Below are positions 10,075-20,248 of a stretch of 64,000 bases of DNA, in pieces. Position 1 is the stretch's first letter. Each line of letters starts with the position of its first letter. Origin of the DNA: a virus; IMG/VR virus record IMGVR_UViG_3300046002_008717, positions 1 through 64,000 of that record. One strand, given 5' to 3'. The notes under the pieces were generated by a model. That model saw only the letters and a list, made by a program, of their open reading frames with translations. It did not search any database and was not told the origin of the DNA. The position numbers and the translations under genes were made by a program.

Positions 10075-10866
10075 ATGATAACATTTAATAGAATAGGCTA
10101 TATGGGAAGATTGGGAAACCAAATGTTCCAAATGGCATCAACCATAGGGATAGCAAGAAAACTTAACTATGATGTAAAATTCCCATCAGAAAACTTTATA
10201 AAAGGATCAGGATATGAATATAATGGGTGCGATTTAATCGAATGTTTTGATATACCGGAAATTTTAATAACATTAAGAGATTTTATACAAATTATTTCTG
10301 GGTATACAGAAAAAGAATTTACATACAATTCAGAATTATTAAATATATCAGATTATACCAATATAAATGGATATTTGCAAACAGAAAAATATTTTATTGA
10401 TATAGAGGATGAGATAAGAAAGATATTTACATTTAAAGCCAATATACGAAATATAGGAGATGCAGTAAAAATAGAAGATGGATCACACGTTTCCTTACAC
10501 ATAAGAAGGGGAGATTATTTAAATTCAATGGACTATCATCCCGTGCAAGACCACGATTACTTTAAAAATACAATGTCGGAATTTAGCGACGATCAGAAAT
10601 TTTATATTTTTTCGGATGATATCGAATGGTGTAAATCTAAATTTATTGGAGATAGATTCAGATTTATAGAAACAGGTAGTCCTTATGTCGATATGTACAT
10701 AATGTCAAAATTTAAAAATCACATAATAGCTAATAGCTCATTTAGTTGGTGGGGAGCTTGGCTATCAGGAAGAGATTCAAAGGTAATTGCGCCAAAAAAA
10801 TGGTTTGGCCCAGCAATAAACAACGATACAGCAGACATATATTGTAAAAATTGGATAATAAAATAA
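10075..10866 (+). CDS. GT11 alpha-1,2-fucosyltransferase
   Basis: GRLGNQMFQ, GYLQTEKYF, VSLHIRRGDY, IFSDDIEWC, IIANSSFSWWGAWL, APKKWF. Confidence 0.93.
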   Translation: MITFNRIGYMGRLGNQMFQMASTIGIARKLNYDVKFPSENFIKGSGYEYNGCDLIECFDIPEILITLRDFIQIISGYTEKEFTYNSELLNISDYTNINGYLQTEKYFIDIEDEIRKIFTFKANIRNIGDAVKIEDGSHVSLHIRRGDYLNSMDYHPVQDHDYFKNTMSEFSDDQKFYIFSDDIEWCKSKFIGDRFRFIETGSPYVDMYIMSKFKNHIIANSSFSWWGAWLSGRDSKVIAPKKWFGPAINNDTADIYCKNWIIK

Positions 10867-11495
10867 TGAAAATAGGTGTAGTATTTTTCCATAAGAATCT
10901 AAATAAGATATACAGGAAAGAATGGATAGAAAAATGTATAGATTCGATTAAAAATCAAACTTATAAGAATCTAGTATTATACGAGATTGATTACGGAAAT
11001 TCTGAAACTAACCTAACCGGATGTAACAATTTCTTTTCTTTAGAAAAAGAAAATTATGCAGATGCTATGAATTTCATAATAACAGAAGCATTTAACGATG
11101 GGTGTAATTATGTATTCAATACAAATATGGATGATATATTTACATTGGATAGAATAGAGAAACAATTGGAATATTTAAATAAAGGATATGATCTGGTAAC
11201 ATCTGATTTTATGTATATTGATGAAGATGATACATTTAAACAGAACATGATACATTCACCTTATAATTATCTAATAAAGGAGCATCTTAATAATAACCAT
11301 AACATAATAGCACACCCATCAGTTGGATATAGCAAAAACTTCTGGGATAATAATAAATATGATATTACTAAAACACCAGAGGAAGATCTGGATTTATGGA
11401 GGAGAGCAATTAATAATGGATATACATTCTATATAGTTCCTGAAATATTACTATTATATAGAATACACGGAACACAAGTATCAAATAAAAACTAA
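10866..11495 (+). CDS. GT2 family glycosyltransferase
   Basis: CIDSIKNQT, NMDD...RIEKQL, HPSV, EDLDLW, LLYRIH; TAATG overlap gives start at 10866. Confidence 0.8.
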   Translation: MKIGVVFFHKNLNKIYRKEWIEKCIDSIKNQTYKNLVLYEIDYGNSETNLTGCNNFFSLEKENYADAMNFIITEAFNDGCNYVFNTNMDDIFTLDRIEKQLEYLNKGYDLVTSDFMYIDEDDTFKQNMIHSPYNYLIKEHLNNNHNIIAHPSVGYSKNFWDNNKYDITKTPEEDLDLWRRAINNGYTFYIVPEILLLYRIHGTQVSNKN

Positions 11496-11501
11496 ATAAG
11501 T

Positions 11502-12113
11502 ATGTTAAAATTAAATTTTCCTCTAGTTAAGGAATGGTTCGAAGTAGATGGGGATAATACAAAATTACTAGAATATGATCTAGACCAAAATTCAAAAATA
11601 TTGGATCTTGGTGGATATAGTGGTGTATGGATAGACAAGATGATAGATAAATATGACCCGTTTGTTTATGTAATAGAACCTGTTGATTATTTTTATAATC
11701 ATCTAAATATCAGATTTTCTTCTAATCCGAAATTCAAAAGCCTTAATGTCGGTGTTGCTAAAGAATCTCATGATGGTATAATATATCTAGATAACGATTC
11801 CACGTCTATGCATGTTAAAAACGGGAATGCAAAAAAGGTTAGATTCGAAACAATAGAAAATATATTGGAATCATTCGAATTGGATGAAGTAGATTTATTA
11901 CAAATAAATATAGAGGGAGAAGAATACGAATTATTAGAAACTCTAATATCAAATGGAATGTTATCTAAATTTAAAAATATACAGGTACAATTTCATATGG
12001 GTATGCAGGATTATGATCAGAGAAGAAAAAATATACAAACTGGGCTTATTAAAAATGGATTTACCTTATTATTCGAATATCCATTTATATGGGAAGGTTG
12101 GGGTAAAAAATAA
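11502..12113 (+). CDS. FkbM family methyltransferase
   Basis: ILDLGGYSG, IEP, DLLQINIEGEEYELL, IQVQFH. Confidence 0.85.
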   Translation: MLKLNFPLVKEWFEVDGDNTKLLEYDLDQNSKILDLGGYSGVWIDKMIDKYDPFVYVIEPVDYFYNHLNIRFSSNPKFKSLNVGVAKESHDGIIYLDNDSTSMHVKNGNAKKVRFETIENILESFELDEVDLLQINIEGEEYELLETLISNGMLSKFKNIQVQFHMGMQDYDQRRKNIQTGLIKNGFTLLFEYPFIWEGWGKK

Positions 12114-12116
12114 AAT

Positions 12117-12845
12117 ATGGACTTCACTTTCGGTATAGTCACTGCAGGAAATAGATACAATATAGATCTTATAATAAAAAGTATAAGATTACTAAAGATT
12201 GAAAGATACGAAATAATTGTAATAGGTGGGGATGAAATAGTGGGTAATGATGTGATACATTTAGAATTTCCTGATAATATAAAAGGGGATTTATCAATAA
12301 AGAAAAATAGAATAACTGATGCTGCAAAATACGAAAATATAGTTTATTTACATGACTATATAATATTCGATATAAATTGGTATAATGGGTTTCTAAAATT
12401 TGGTAACGATTTTGATGTATGTATGAATAAAATAAATAATACAGACGGAACCCGATATAGAGATTGGTGCTTATGGAAAGATGATGCTGACTTTTATACT
12501 AGACCTTTAAATTATCTGATACCATATGATATGAAAAATCTATCGGGAATGATGTATATTTCAGGAGCTTACTGGGTTGCTAAAAAAGAATTCATGGCTA
12601 AAAATAGACTTAATGAAAAATTATCATGGGGTCAAGGTGAAGATGTTGAATGGTCATTAAGGGTAAGAGATAACACAGCATTTAAAATGAATATACATTC
12701 AAAAGTTAATTTATTAAAATATAAGGATAGGATTTTCAATGAAATTTCGGAAACTGAAAGAATTATTTTAGATGCTATCCCATTTTATATAAATACAAAA
12801 GCATACGAGCTTCTTATAAATAATCATTTATCGCAATGGATATAA
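12117..12845 (+). CDS. GT-A fold (GT2-like) glycosyltransferase
   Basis: FTFGIVT, YEIIVIG, KKN...AKYENIVYLHDY, WGQGEDVEWS. Confidence 0.75.
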   Translation: MDFTFGIVTAGNRYNIDLIIKSIRLLKIERYEIIVIGGDEIVGNDVIHLEFPDNIKGDLSIKKNRITDAAKYENIVYLHDYIIFDINWYNGFLKFGNDFDVCMNKINNTDGTRYRDWCLWKDDADFYTRPLNYLIPYDMKNLSGMMYISGAYWVAKKEFMAKNRLNEKLSWGQGEDVEWSLRVRDNTAFKMNIHSKVNLLKYKDRIFNEISETERIILDAIPFYINTKAYELLINNHLSQWI

Positions 12846-13636
12846 TCAACAAAGGAATAACTTTTGGTATAATAACAACCAAAGAAACACAATCTTATCT
12901 TGATATCATAATAGATACCATAAAAAAACAGCAAATACCCAATAATCTATATGAAATAATAATAGTTGGTAATTGTGATATAATAGACATAGAAAATACA
13001 ACGGTAATCCCTTTTGATGAATCGGTAAAGCATATGTGGATAACCAAGAAAAAAAATACGATAACAAATAACGCAAAATTTGAAAATATAGTTTATCTGC
13101 ATGATTATATTGCATTATGCAATGGATGGTATAATGGATTCTTAAATTTTGGATTTGATTGGGATATATGCATGAACCCAATATCGAATTTAGACGGTGG
13201 ATCCAGAATATTAGATTGGATGGGCTTACCTGATGATAATATTTACGGAAACGTAGTTCTGCCATATCACTATAAGGGATCTAGTGGAATGTACATACCT
13301 GGTTATTATTGGATAGCTAAAAAAAATATAATGTTAGAATTCCCACTGAATGAAAATTATTTGTGGGGAGAAGGTGAAGATATAGAATGGAGTAAAAGAG
13401 TACTTGGCGGATTTCCTCCTCCGTGGTTAAAATCTCGTAATGATATACTAAATAATCACGTAGCTATAAAAAAACATAAATATGTTATAAATACAGAATC
13501 AAGAGTTTTTTCTTTTAAATATAAAGAATCGCATATAAATTTTTTTAATAAATATGATTTACACAGTGGCGACGAATCTAGACCTTTAGCATCGAATACA
13601 GAAAATTATGAATATTTAAAATATAGGAAATCATGA
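12836..13636 (+). CDS. GT-A fold (GT2-like) glycosyltransferase, tandem paralog of 12117..12845
   Basis: ITFGIIT, YEIIIVG, KKN...AKFENIVYLHDY, WGEGEDIEWS. Confidence 0.75.
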   Translation: MDIINKGITFGIITTKETQSYLDIIIDTIKKQQIPNNLYEIIIVGNCDIIDIENTTVIPFDESVKHMWITKKKNTITNNAKFENIVYLHDYIALCNGWYNGFLNFGFDWDICMNPISNLDGGSRILDWMGLPDDNIYGNVVLPYHYKGSSGMYIPGYYWIAKKNIMLEFPLNENYLWGEGEDIEWSKRVLGGFPPPWLKSRNDILNNHVAIKKHKYVINTESRVFSFKYKESHINFFNKYDLHSGDESRPLASNTENYEYLKYRKS

Positions 13637-14985
13637 AGTTGATAATATTTGATTTGGACGGAGTATTAGTAGAAGCAAAAAATATACACTTTGTTGCTTT
13701 AAATAAAGCACTAGGTGAAAAATATGCTATAGAATGGAATGAGCATTTATCCATATATGACGGTTTAAAAACAAATCAGAAATTAGAAATGCTTACTATC
13801 AGAAAGGGACTTCCTGTAGAAAGCTATAAAAAAATATGGAATGATAAACAAAAATACACAGCTGATGCATTAGCAGATTTGAAAGAATCGGAGGATTTAA
13901 AAAAATGTATAAATAGTTTATTGGAAGATGGGTATAAACTTGCTGTTTGTTCCAATAGTATAAGAAAGACTGTACTAATAGTTCTTTCTAAATTAGGAAT
14001 AATCGGAAGTTTTGATCTTATACTATCAAATGAGGACGTAAAGAATAGCAAACCTCATCCAGAAATATATTGGAAAGCAATGTCAATGCTGGAATGCCTA
14101 CCTGAGGAAACACTTATAGTAGAGGATTCTCCATATGGTTTACTAGCAGCATCCCGTAGTAGAGCAGAAATAATGAGGGTAAAATCGCCAGATGATGTAA
14201 CGTATATTAATATAAATAAATATATAAAAAAAGAAAAAATGAATAATATACCTAAATGGAAAGATGAGAAACTTAATATACTTATACCAATGGCAGGTGC
14301 GGGTAGTAGATTTGAGAAAGCTGGATATACGTTTCCCAAACCATTAATAGAAGTAAAGAATAAGCCAATGATACAAGTTGTCGTTGAAAATTTAAATATG
14401 GATGCCAACTATATCTATATAGTACAAAAAAGCCACAGAGAAAAATATAATCTAGATACTCTTCTCAATTTAATTACACCAGGATGTAAAATAGTGGAAG
14501 TTGACGGAATAACCGAGGGAGCAGCATGTACAAGTTTACTGGCCAAAGAATATATTAATAACGATTCACCTTTATTTTTTGCAAATTCTGATCAATTCGT
14601 AGAATGGGATTCTAATGAATTTATGTATAAGATGAACGAAACAAATGCTGATGGCGGAATTGTAACATTCAACGCTACCCATCCTAAATGGTCATTCGCT
14701 AAAATGGATCAAAGCGGATTGGTAACGGAAGTTGCAGAAAAAAATCCAATATCAGATATAGCAACGGTTGGCTATTATTATTGGAAAAAAGGATCAGATT
14801 TTGTAAAATATGCAGAAAGAATGATAGAAAAAAATATAAGAACAAATAATGAATTTTATGTATGTCCCGTTTTTAATCAAGCAATAGAAGACAAATTAGA
14901 AATACGAATATTCAACGTTAAGAATATGTGGGGATTAGGAACGCCAGAAGATCTAAATTACTATCTAGAAAATTATACAAAATGA
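13633..14985 (+). CDS. HAD phosphatase fused to a sugar nucleotidyltransferase-like domain
   Basis: FDLDGVL, KPHPEIY, IVEDS (HAD); LIPMAGAGSRF...PKPLI, EKNPIS, GLGTPEDL (NTP-transferase). Confidence 0.85.
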   Translation: MKLIIFDLDGVLVEAKNIHFVALNKALGEKYAIEWNEHLSIYDGLKTNQKLEMLTIRKGLPVESYKKIWNDKQKYTADALADLKESEDLKKCINSLLEDGYKLAVCSNSIRKTVLIVLSKLGIIGSFDLILSNEDVKNSKPHPEIYWKAMSMLECLPEETLIVEDSPYGLLAASRSRAEIMRVKSPDDVTYININKYIKKEKMNNIPKWKDEKLNILIPMAGAGSRFEKAGYTFPKPLIEVKNKPMIQVVVENLNMDANYIYIVQKSHREKYNLDTLLNLITPGCKIVEVDGITEGAACTSLLAKEYINNDSPLFFANSDQFVEWDSNEFMYKMNETNADGGIVTFNATHPKWSFAKMDQSGLVTEVAEKNPISDIATVGYYYWKKGSDFVKYAERMIEKNIRTNNEFYVCPVFNQAIEDKLEIRIFNVKNMWGLGTPEDLNYYLENYTK

Positions 14986-15617
14986 TTTATACATTCGGAA
15001 ATAGCCATTCCCATCTATTTACTGGATCACAACCAGGAAAATCTGGATTCGGTGAAAGTAAAAATGAGAATTTTACGAGTTTTTCATTAGGTCCAGTTAT
15101 AGCATACAATTTTATGGAATCCCATTATTCCAAAATATTAGAGGTTTTGGAATTAATTAAATTTGAGAAGGAAAATGATCATATTATGTTAATAGTCGGT
15201 GAGGTTGACTGCAGATGGCATTTACCATATCAGGCATCTATACAGGGAAGATCTAATGAATCAGTTGTTGATGAATGTATAGATAGATTATTTTCGGTTT
15301 ATATGGATCTAAAAGATAGAGGATATACCATAATAGGATGGGGTGGTCATCCATCAACAACAGATGGACATAATGACGATCCGAATCAACCAGTATTTGG
15401 CGATTGCGTAAATAGAAATAATATAAGCAGATATTGGGATAACGCTCTTAGAACTAAATGCGAATCTAATAATATTGAATATATCTCAATAATGGATAAT
15501 TTAATAGATGAAAACGGATTAACTAAAATGGAATATTTTATAGATTACTGCCATCTTGATACACTGAAAACATATCCACTATACATAAATAAATTTAAAA
15601 ATTTAAAAATAATATGA
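14982..15617 (+). CDS. SGNH/GDSL-like hydrolase
   Basis: FGNSH, GEVDCR, DYCHL; ATGA overlap with upstream stop sets start at 14982. Confidence 0.6.
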   Translation: MIYTFGNSHSHLFTGSQPGKSGFGESKNENFTSFSLGPVIAYNFMESHYSKILEVLELIKFEKENDHIMLIVGEVDCRWHLPYQASIQGRSNESVVDECIDRLFSVYMDLKDRGYTIIGWGGHPSTTDGHNDDPNQPVFGDCVNRNNISRYWDNALRTKCESNNIEYISIMDNLIDENGLTKMEYFIDYCHLDTLKTYPLYINKFKNLKII

Positions 15618-16333
15618 ACGAAAAATATACAGAATGGTCTGATTTAATTAATATAATATACGAAAGCAGCGGTATATTATTCGAAGCTGGAAGATGTCAC
15701 CCTGAACATAATGGTCTATCGATATCAGGAAATCTACCGTTTTCCATAAGCGAATATGAATTTAATTATATTAAAAATTTCATAATAAAAAATGATCTAA
15801 AAAATGGCTATGAGCTTGCCACTGGAATAGGTATATCCACAATAGCTATAGGATATGCACTAAGTAAAAATAACGGAAAGTTAATTACAGTTGATTCGTA
15901 TATGGAGGAGGAAATACAGAATCAACCTATTGATAATACAGGGCTAAGCTTTTCGAATACGGGATTTTGGAGAAACTCCATGTTATTCAAGTCGATGGGA
16001 TTAGAAAATGTTATACCATATAAAAGATCAAGCCCGGAGTGTGAAGATATACTCGATACTGAATTTAATAATGATATAGATTTTGCATTTTTAGATTGCC
16101 CTAAAGATGCTAACGATTTTGTTAGAGATGCAACCATATTAAAAAATAGAATAAATAGGGATAAGTTTGCAATATTTGTTCATGATACGCATTGCTTTGA
16201 AAGGGAATTTCTTCTTCTATCAAAGGAGATTTTTGGAATAGAAGGTATATTTATATTTGACTTCAAAGATAGCCTTGATAATCAAATTAAACAAAAATTT
16301 CAACTTGGACTAATAACAAATATAAAAATATGA
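15614..16333 (+). CDS. Class I SAM-dependent methyltransferase
   Basis: YELATGIGIST, LITVDSY, IDFAFLD, FVHDT. Confidence 0.75.
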   Translation: MNEKYTEWSDLINIIYESSGILFEAGRCHPEHNGLSISGNLPFSISEYEFNYIKNFIIKNDLKNGYELATGIGISTIAIGYALSKNNGKLITVDSYMEEEIQNQPIDNTGLSFSNTGFWRNSMLFKSMGLENVIPYKRSSPECEDILDTEFNNDIDFAFLDCPKDANDFVRDATILKNRINRDKFAIFVHDTHCFEREFLLLSKEIFGIEGIFIFDFKDSLDNQIKQKFQLGLITNIKI

Positions 16334-16770
16334 TACTGATATCACATAGAGGAAATACAAATGGTATAATGGGATCATGGGAAAACGAGCCAACATATAT
16401 AGATCTAGCATTAAGTAGAGGATTTGATGTTGAAATTGATGTTTGGTATAAAGATAAATTTCTTTATCTAGGACACGATAAACCAGATTACGGGGTTGGT
16501 ATTAATTGGGTAAGCGAAAGAGCAAATAATTTATGGATACATTGTAAAAATATAGAAGCATTGATTTATTTAAAATCTGTTAATAACTCAGAACTAAATT
16601 ACTTTTGGCACGAAACAGATAAAGCTACATTAACATCAAATGGTTCAATATGGGCATACCCAGGAAATCAACCAATGATAGGTAGTATTTCAGTATTACC
16701 CGAATTATATAATGATGCTACCGATCAATGTAGTGGTATATGTAGTGACTTTATAGAGCGTTATAAATAA
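16330..16770 (+). CDS. GDPD/PLC-like phosphodiesterase
   Basis: LISHRGN, ENEP, GFDVEIDVW, LGHD, WIHCKN, GICSD. Confidence 0.75.
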   Translation: MILISHRGNTNGIMGSWENEPTYIDLALSRGFDVEIDVWYKDKFLYLGHDKPDYGVGINWVSERANNLWIHCKNIEALIYLKSVNNSELNYFWHETDKATLTSNGSIWAYPGNQPMIGSISVLPELYNDATDQCSGICSDFIERYK

Positions 16771-16797
16771 TGAAATTTTATAATTTATTTAACTATA

Positions 16798-17529
16798 ATG
16801 AAAATGAAAAAAACTATTACGCTAAATTTAATAGCAACTAATAAATATACGATTTTTTTAGATCAAATTATAGAATCTGCAGTAAAATTTTTTATGACCG
16901 ATTCGCTTTTAAAGTTTATAATTTATACCGATTCATTGGATATAGAAGAAAAAGAAAATCTAAAAGTTGTTCATATAGAACATGAAATATGGCCGGGACC
17001 AACACTTAAAAGATTTCATTATTTCTGTAAAGGTGAAAGCTTGATAGAAGAATCAGATTTTTCTTTTTATGTTGATGTTGATAGCACATTCACAAAAGAA
17101 ATTACATCCGATATATTTGGTGGCATAAGAACAGATTGCATCATAGGAACATTGCATCCAGGATTTTATAATAGTATAGGAACACCAGAAAGAAATCACG
17201 AATCTACCGCATGCATACCATACGGGAGCGATAATTTATATTATTGTGGAGGATTTTTTGGGGCAGATTCTGCTTCTTTTATAGAGATGTCAAAAAAAAT
17301 AAGTGGCAATATAGATTTAGATCTTGATAAAAATATAATTGCAATCTGGCATGATGAATCGCATTTAAATAAATATTTTTTTGAAACCCCGCCTGATATA
17401 ATATTGGGTATCGGTTTTACGTGCCCAGAAGAACAGATTCATGATAGGATAATATTATATGGCCAGCCAAGCATAGTATTTATTAACAAAGGATCCGATG
17501 AAAAAAGAAATGAACTTAGAAATACATAA
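16798..17529 (+). CDS. GT6 family (ABO-type) alpha-1,3-GalNAc/Gal transferase
   Basis: IATNKY, WPGPTLKRF, DVD, GTLHPGF, PER...STACIP, YYCGGFFG, AIWHDESHLNKYF. Confidence 0.92.
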   Translation: MKMKKTITLNLIATNKYTIFLDQIIESAVKFFMTDSLLKFIIYTDSLDIEEKENLKVVHIEHEIWPGPTLKRFHYFCKGESLIEESDFSFYVDVDSTFTKEITSDIFGGIRTDCIIGTLHPGFYNSIGTPERNHESTACIPYGSDNLYYCGGFFGADSASFIEMSKKISGNIDLDLDKNIIAIWHDESHLNKYFFETPPDIILGIGFTCPEEQIHDRIILYGQPSIVFINKGSDEKRNELRNT

Positions 17530-17539
17530 ATTATAAAAA

Positions 17540-19255
17540 ATGTTAGATTTAAAACAAACAACTATAATTATACCCATAAAGATAGAACATCAAGATAGGT
17601 ATAGAAATGCAAAGACTGTCTTAAATTTTATGAATACCCATTTCGAAACTAATGTATTCATATACGAATCCTCCGATAATGGAATAAGTAGATTAGATTT
17701 CTTAGATGAACTTACAAATCTAAAAATAAAAACATGGATAATAAAAGACGAAGATTCTTTTCATAGAACGAAGTATTTAAATATAATGCTCGATGAAATA
17801 GAAACTGATGCGGTAGCTAATTATGATATTGATATCTTATTGGAGCCAACAAATCTATATAACTGTCAAAATTTATTAATATACAATAAAGCTGATGTTA
17901 TATTTCCATACGGGTACGGAAATAACCAAATACAGATACTAGAAACATTTAACTATCCAGGATTTGCAGAATCCGGATATAATTTAGATTATATTAAAAA
18001 ATCTGACAAAAAATTAAATCATACTTCAGAATGCGGGCATTGTGTAATGTTCAGAACCTCAGTATATAGGGAAGGATTCGGTGAAAATGAAAACTTTATA
18101 TCATATGGACCTGAGGATAAGGAAAGAATGGATAGATTTAAAAAAATGAAATATAATGTTAGATGGATGCCAGGTGAAACTGTCTATCATTTAGAACACT
18201 ATAGGGGAAATGATAGCTGGCAAACAAATCCGTACTATCGATCAAATTGGGAAATATTTGAAAGATTGAAGGGATTATCATATGGGGAGCTAATGGATTA
18301 TTACATAAATCAGATATATCAAAAAAAATATAATACAATAGGAACACAAAAAAAAATTCTAATAACTGGTGGAAATGGTTTAATAGGAAGAGCTTTTTCT
18401 GGAGATGTACGTAAAATAGGATCAAAAAATTGTGATTTAAGAAATCCAAGTGAAGTAAAAGCATTTATAGAAAAAGGAGAATATACTGGGATAATACATT
18501 GTGCTGCTAAAGTTGGTGGTATACAAGGAAATCTAGATAGACCTGGTGAATTCTTTTATGATAATATAATGATGAATACTAACGTTATAGAAGAAGCAAG
18601 AAAAGCAGGAATTAAAAAATTAATATTTTTTGCTTCTACCTGCGTTTTTCCTGATTCAGTTGAATATCCGCTTAGCCCTGAAAAAATACATAATGGGAAT
18701 CCACATCCATCCAATTATGCATATGCATTTGCTAAAAGAATGGGAGATGTGCAAATACAAGCATATAAAGATCAATATGATCTTGACTATTTTACTGTAA
18801 TCCCAGGTAATGTATATGGTCCAGGAGATATGTACAATCTTAATGATGCCCACGTAATTCCGGCATTAATACATAAGATGTATTTAGCTAAATTGAATGG
18901 AACCGAATTTAAAGTATGGGGAAGTGGTACTCCATTAAGAGAATTTATATTCTCAGAAGATGTTGCAAAACTTACTATGCTACTATATGATAATTATACG
19001 GGTAGAGATCCGGTTATACTATCAACATCAGAAGAAATATCGATTAGAGAGGTAGTTCTTTTAATAGCGGAACTTATGGAATATAAAGGATCAATAATTT
19101 TCGATTCATCTAAACCCGATGGTCAATATAGAAAACCTAGCGATAATTCAGTAATAACAAATATGTTTCCGGATTTTAAATTTACACCAATTAGAGAAGG
19201 TTTAAGTAAATCTATAAATTGGTTTATCGAAAACTATCCAAATGTTAGACTATAA
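17540..19255 (+). CDS. fcl: Fusion of a GT-A (GT2/GT7-like) glycosyltransferase and GDP-L-fucose synthase
   Basis: N-half FHRTKYLN, NYDID, ENFISYGPED; C-half ILITGGNGLIG, HCAAKVGGI, YAFAKR, NVYGPGD, HVIPALI, VWGSGTPLREF, KPDGQ. Confidence 0.88.
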   Translation: MLDLKQTTIIIPIKIEHQDRYRNAKTVLNFMNTHFETNVFIYESSDNGISRLDFLDELTNLKIKTWIIKDEDSFHRTKYLNIMLDEIETDAVANYDIDILLEPTNLYNCQNLLIYNKADVIFPYGYGNNQIQILETFNYPGFAESGYNLDYIKKSDKKLNHTSECGHCVMFRTSVYREGFGENENFISYGPEDKERMDRFKKMKYNVRWMPGETVYHLEHYRGNDSWQTNPYYRSNWEIFERLKGLSYGELMDYYINQIYQKKYNTIGTQKKILITGGNGLIGRAFSGDVRKIGSKNCDLRNPSEVKAFIEKGEYTGIIHCAAKVGGIQGNLDRPGEFFYDNIMMNTNVIEEARKAGIKKLIFFASTCVFPDSVEYPLSPEKIHNGNPHPSNYAYAFAKRMGDVQIQAYKDQYDLDYFTVIPGNVYGPGDMYNLNDAHVIPALIHKMYLAKLNGTEFKVWGSGTPLREFIFSEDVAKLTMLLYDNYTGRDPVILSTSEEISIREVVLLIAELMEYKGSIIFDSSKPDGQYRKPSDNSVITNMFPDFKFTPIREGLSKSINWFIENYPNVRL

Positions 19256-19260
19256 GTAAT

Positions 19261-20244
19261 ATGAAAAGAAGAGCACTAATAACAGGAATAAATGGGCAAA
19301 CTGGTAGTTACCTAGCCGAATTTTTAATTAAGAAAGGATACGAAGTATTCGGAACGATTAAAAGAAATTCAATAGCAGAAAATCAAACAATTAGATTAGA
19401 TAGCATATATGAAGAAATAAAAAATAATTTAATATATGCTGATCTATTGGATGTTCCATCGTTATTACATGCTCTTAAAATATCAGATCCCGATGAGGTT
19501 TATAATTTAGCAGCTCAATCCCACGTTAAAATATCATTCGATCAACCAGTATATACTGCGCAAGCTACAGGAATAGGCACATTAAATTTATTAGAAGCTA
19601 TTAGAATATGGAATCCAAAAATTAAAATGTATCAAGCTTCGTCATCGGAAATGTTTGGTAATTCAGTAGATACCGATGGCTATCAGAGAGAAACAACACC
19701 AATGAATCCAGTATCCCCATATGGGTGTGCTAAAGTTTTTAGCTATAACATATGTAGAAATTACAGAAACTCGTATGATATGTTTATTACTAATGGTATA
19801 CTATTCAATCACGAGAGCCCGCGTAGGGGTACAAATTTTGTCACTAACAAGATAGTAAAGTGTGCAGTGGAGATTAAGCTTGGTTTATCGAAACAACTCG
19901 TATTAGGCAATCTAAATGCAACTAGAGATTGGGGTCATGCTAAAGATTACGCTGAAGCAATGTGGTTAATGTTGCAAGAAGATAAATCAGACGATTACGT
20001 TTGCTCCACCGGTATATCGCATTCTGTATTGGAATTAGTAAAATATGTTTTTGAAAAACTTGATTTGAATTGGGAATCATACGTGATTACGAATGAAAAA
20101 TTTCTAAGGCCCGAAGAATTATGTAATCTAAAAGGTGATTCTAGCAAACTGAGAAACAAAACAGGATGGAAACCAACATATGATTTTGAAACTATGTTAG
20201 ATGAAATGATGAAACACTGGGTTACTTTTTATTACGAAAAATAA
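19261..20244 (+). CDS. gmd: GDP-mannose 4,6-dehydratase
   Basis: ALITGINGQTGSYLAE, YNLAAQSHV, YQASSSEMFG, SPYGCAK, ILFNHESPRRG, RDWGHAKDY. Confidence 0.96.
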   Translation: MKRRALITGINGQTGSYLAEFLIKKGYEVFGTIKRNSIAENQTIRLDSIYEEIKNNLIYADLLDVPSLLHALKISDPDEVYNLAAQSHVKISFDQPVYTAQATGIGTLNLLEAIRIWNPKIKMYQASSSEMFGNSVDTDGYQRETTPMNPVSPYGCAKVFSYNICRNYRNSYDMFITNGILFNHESPRRGTNFVTNKIVKCAVEIKLGLSKQLVLGNLNATRDWGHAKDYAEAMWLMLQEDKSDDYVCSTGISHSVLELVKYVFEKLDLNWESYVITNEKFLRPEELCNLKGDSSKLRNKTGWKPTYDFETMLDEMMKHWVTFYYEK

Positions 20245-20248
20245 AAAT

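Noticed and set aside
9310-20244. Eukaryotic or giant-virus origin or contamination suggested by GT6, GT7 and GNA1
   Set aside because: Genes are intronless, overlap in operons, share composition and promoter motifs with flanking T4-like genes
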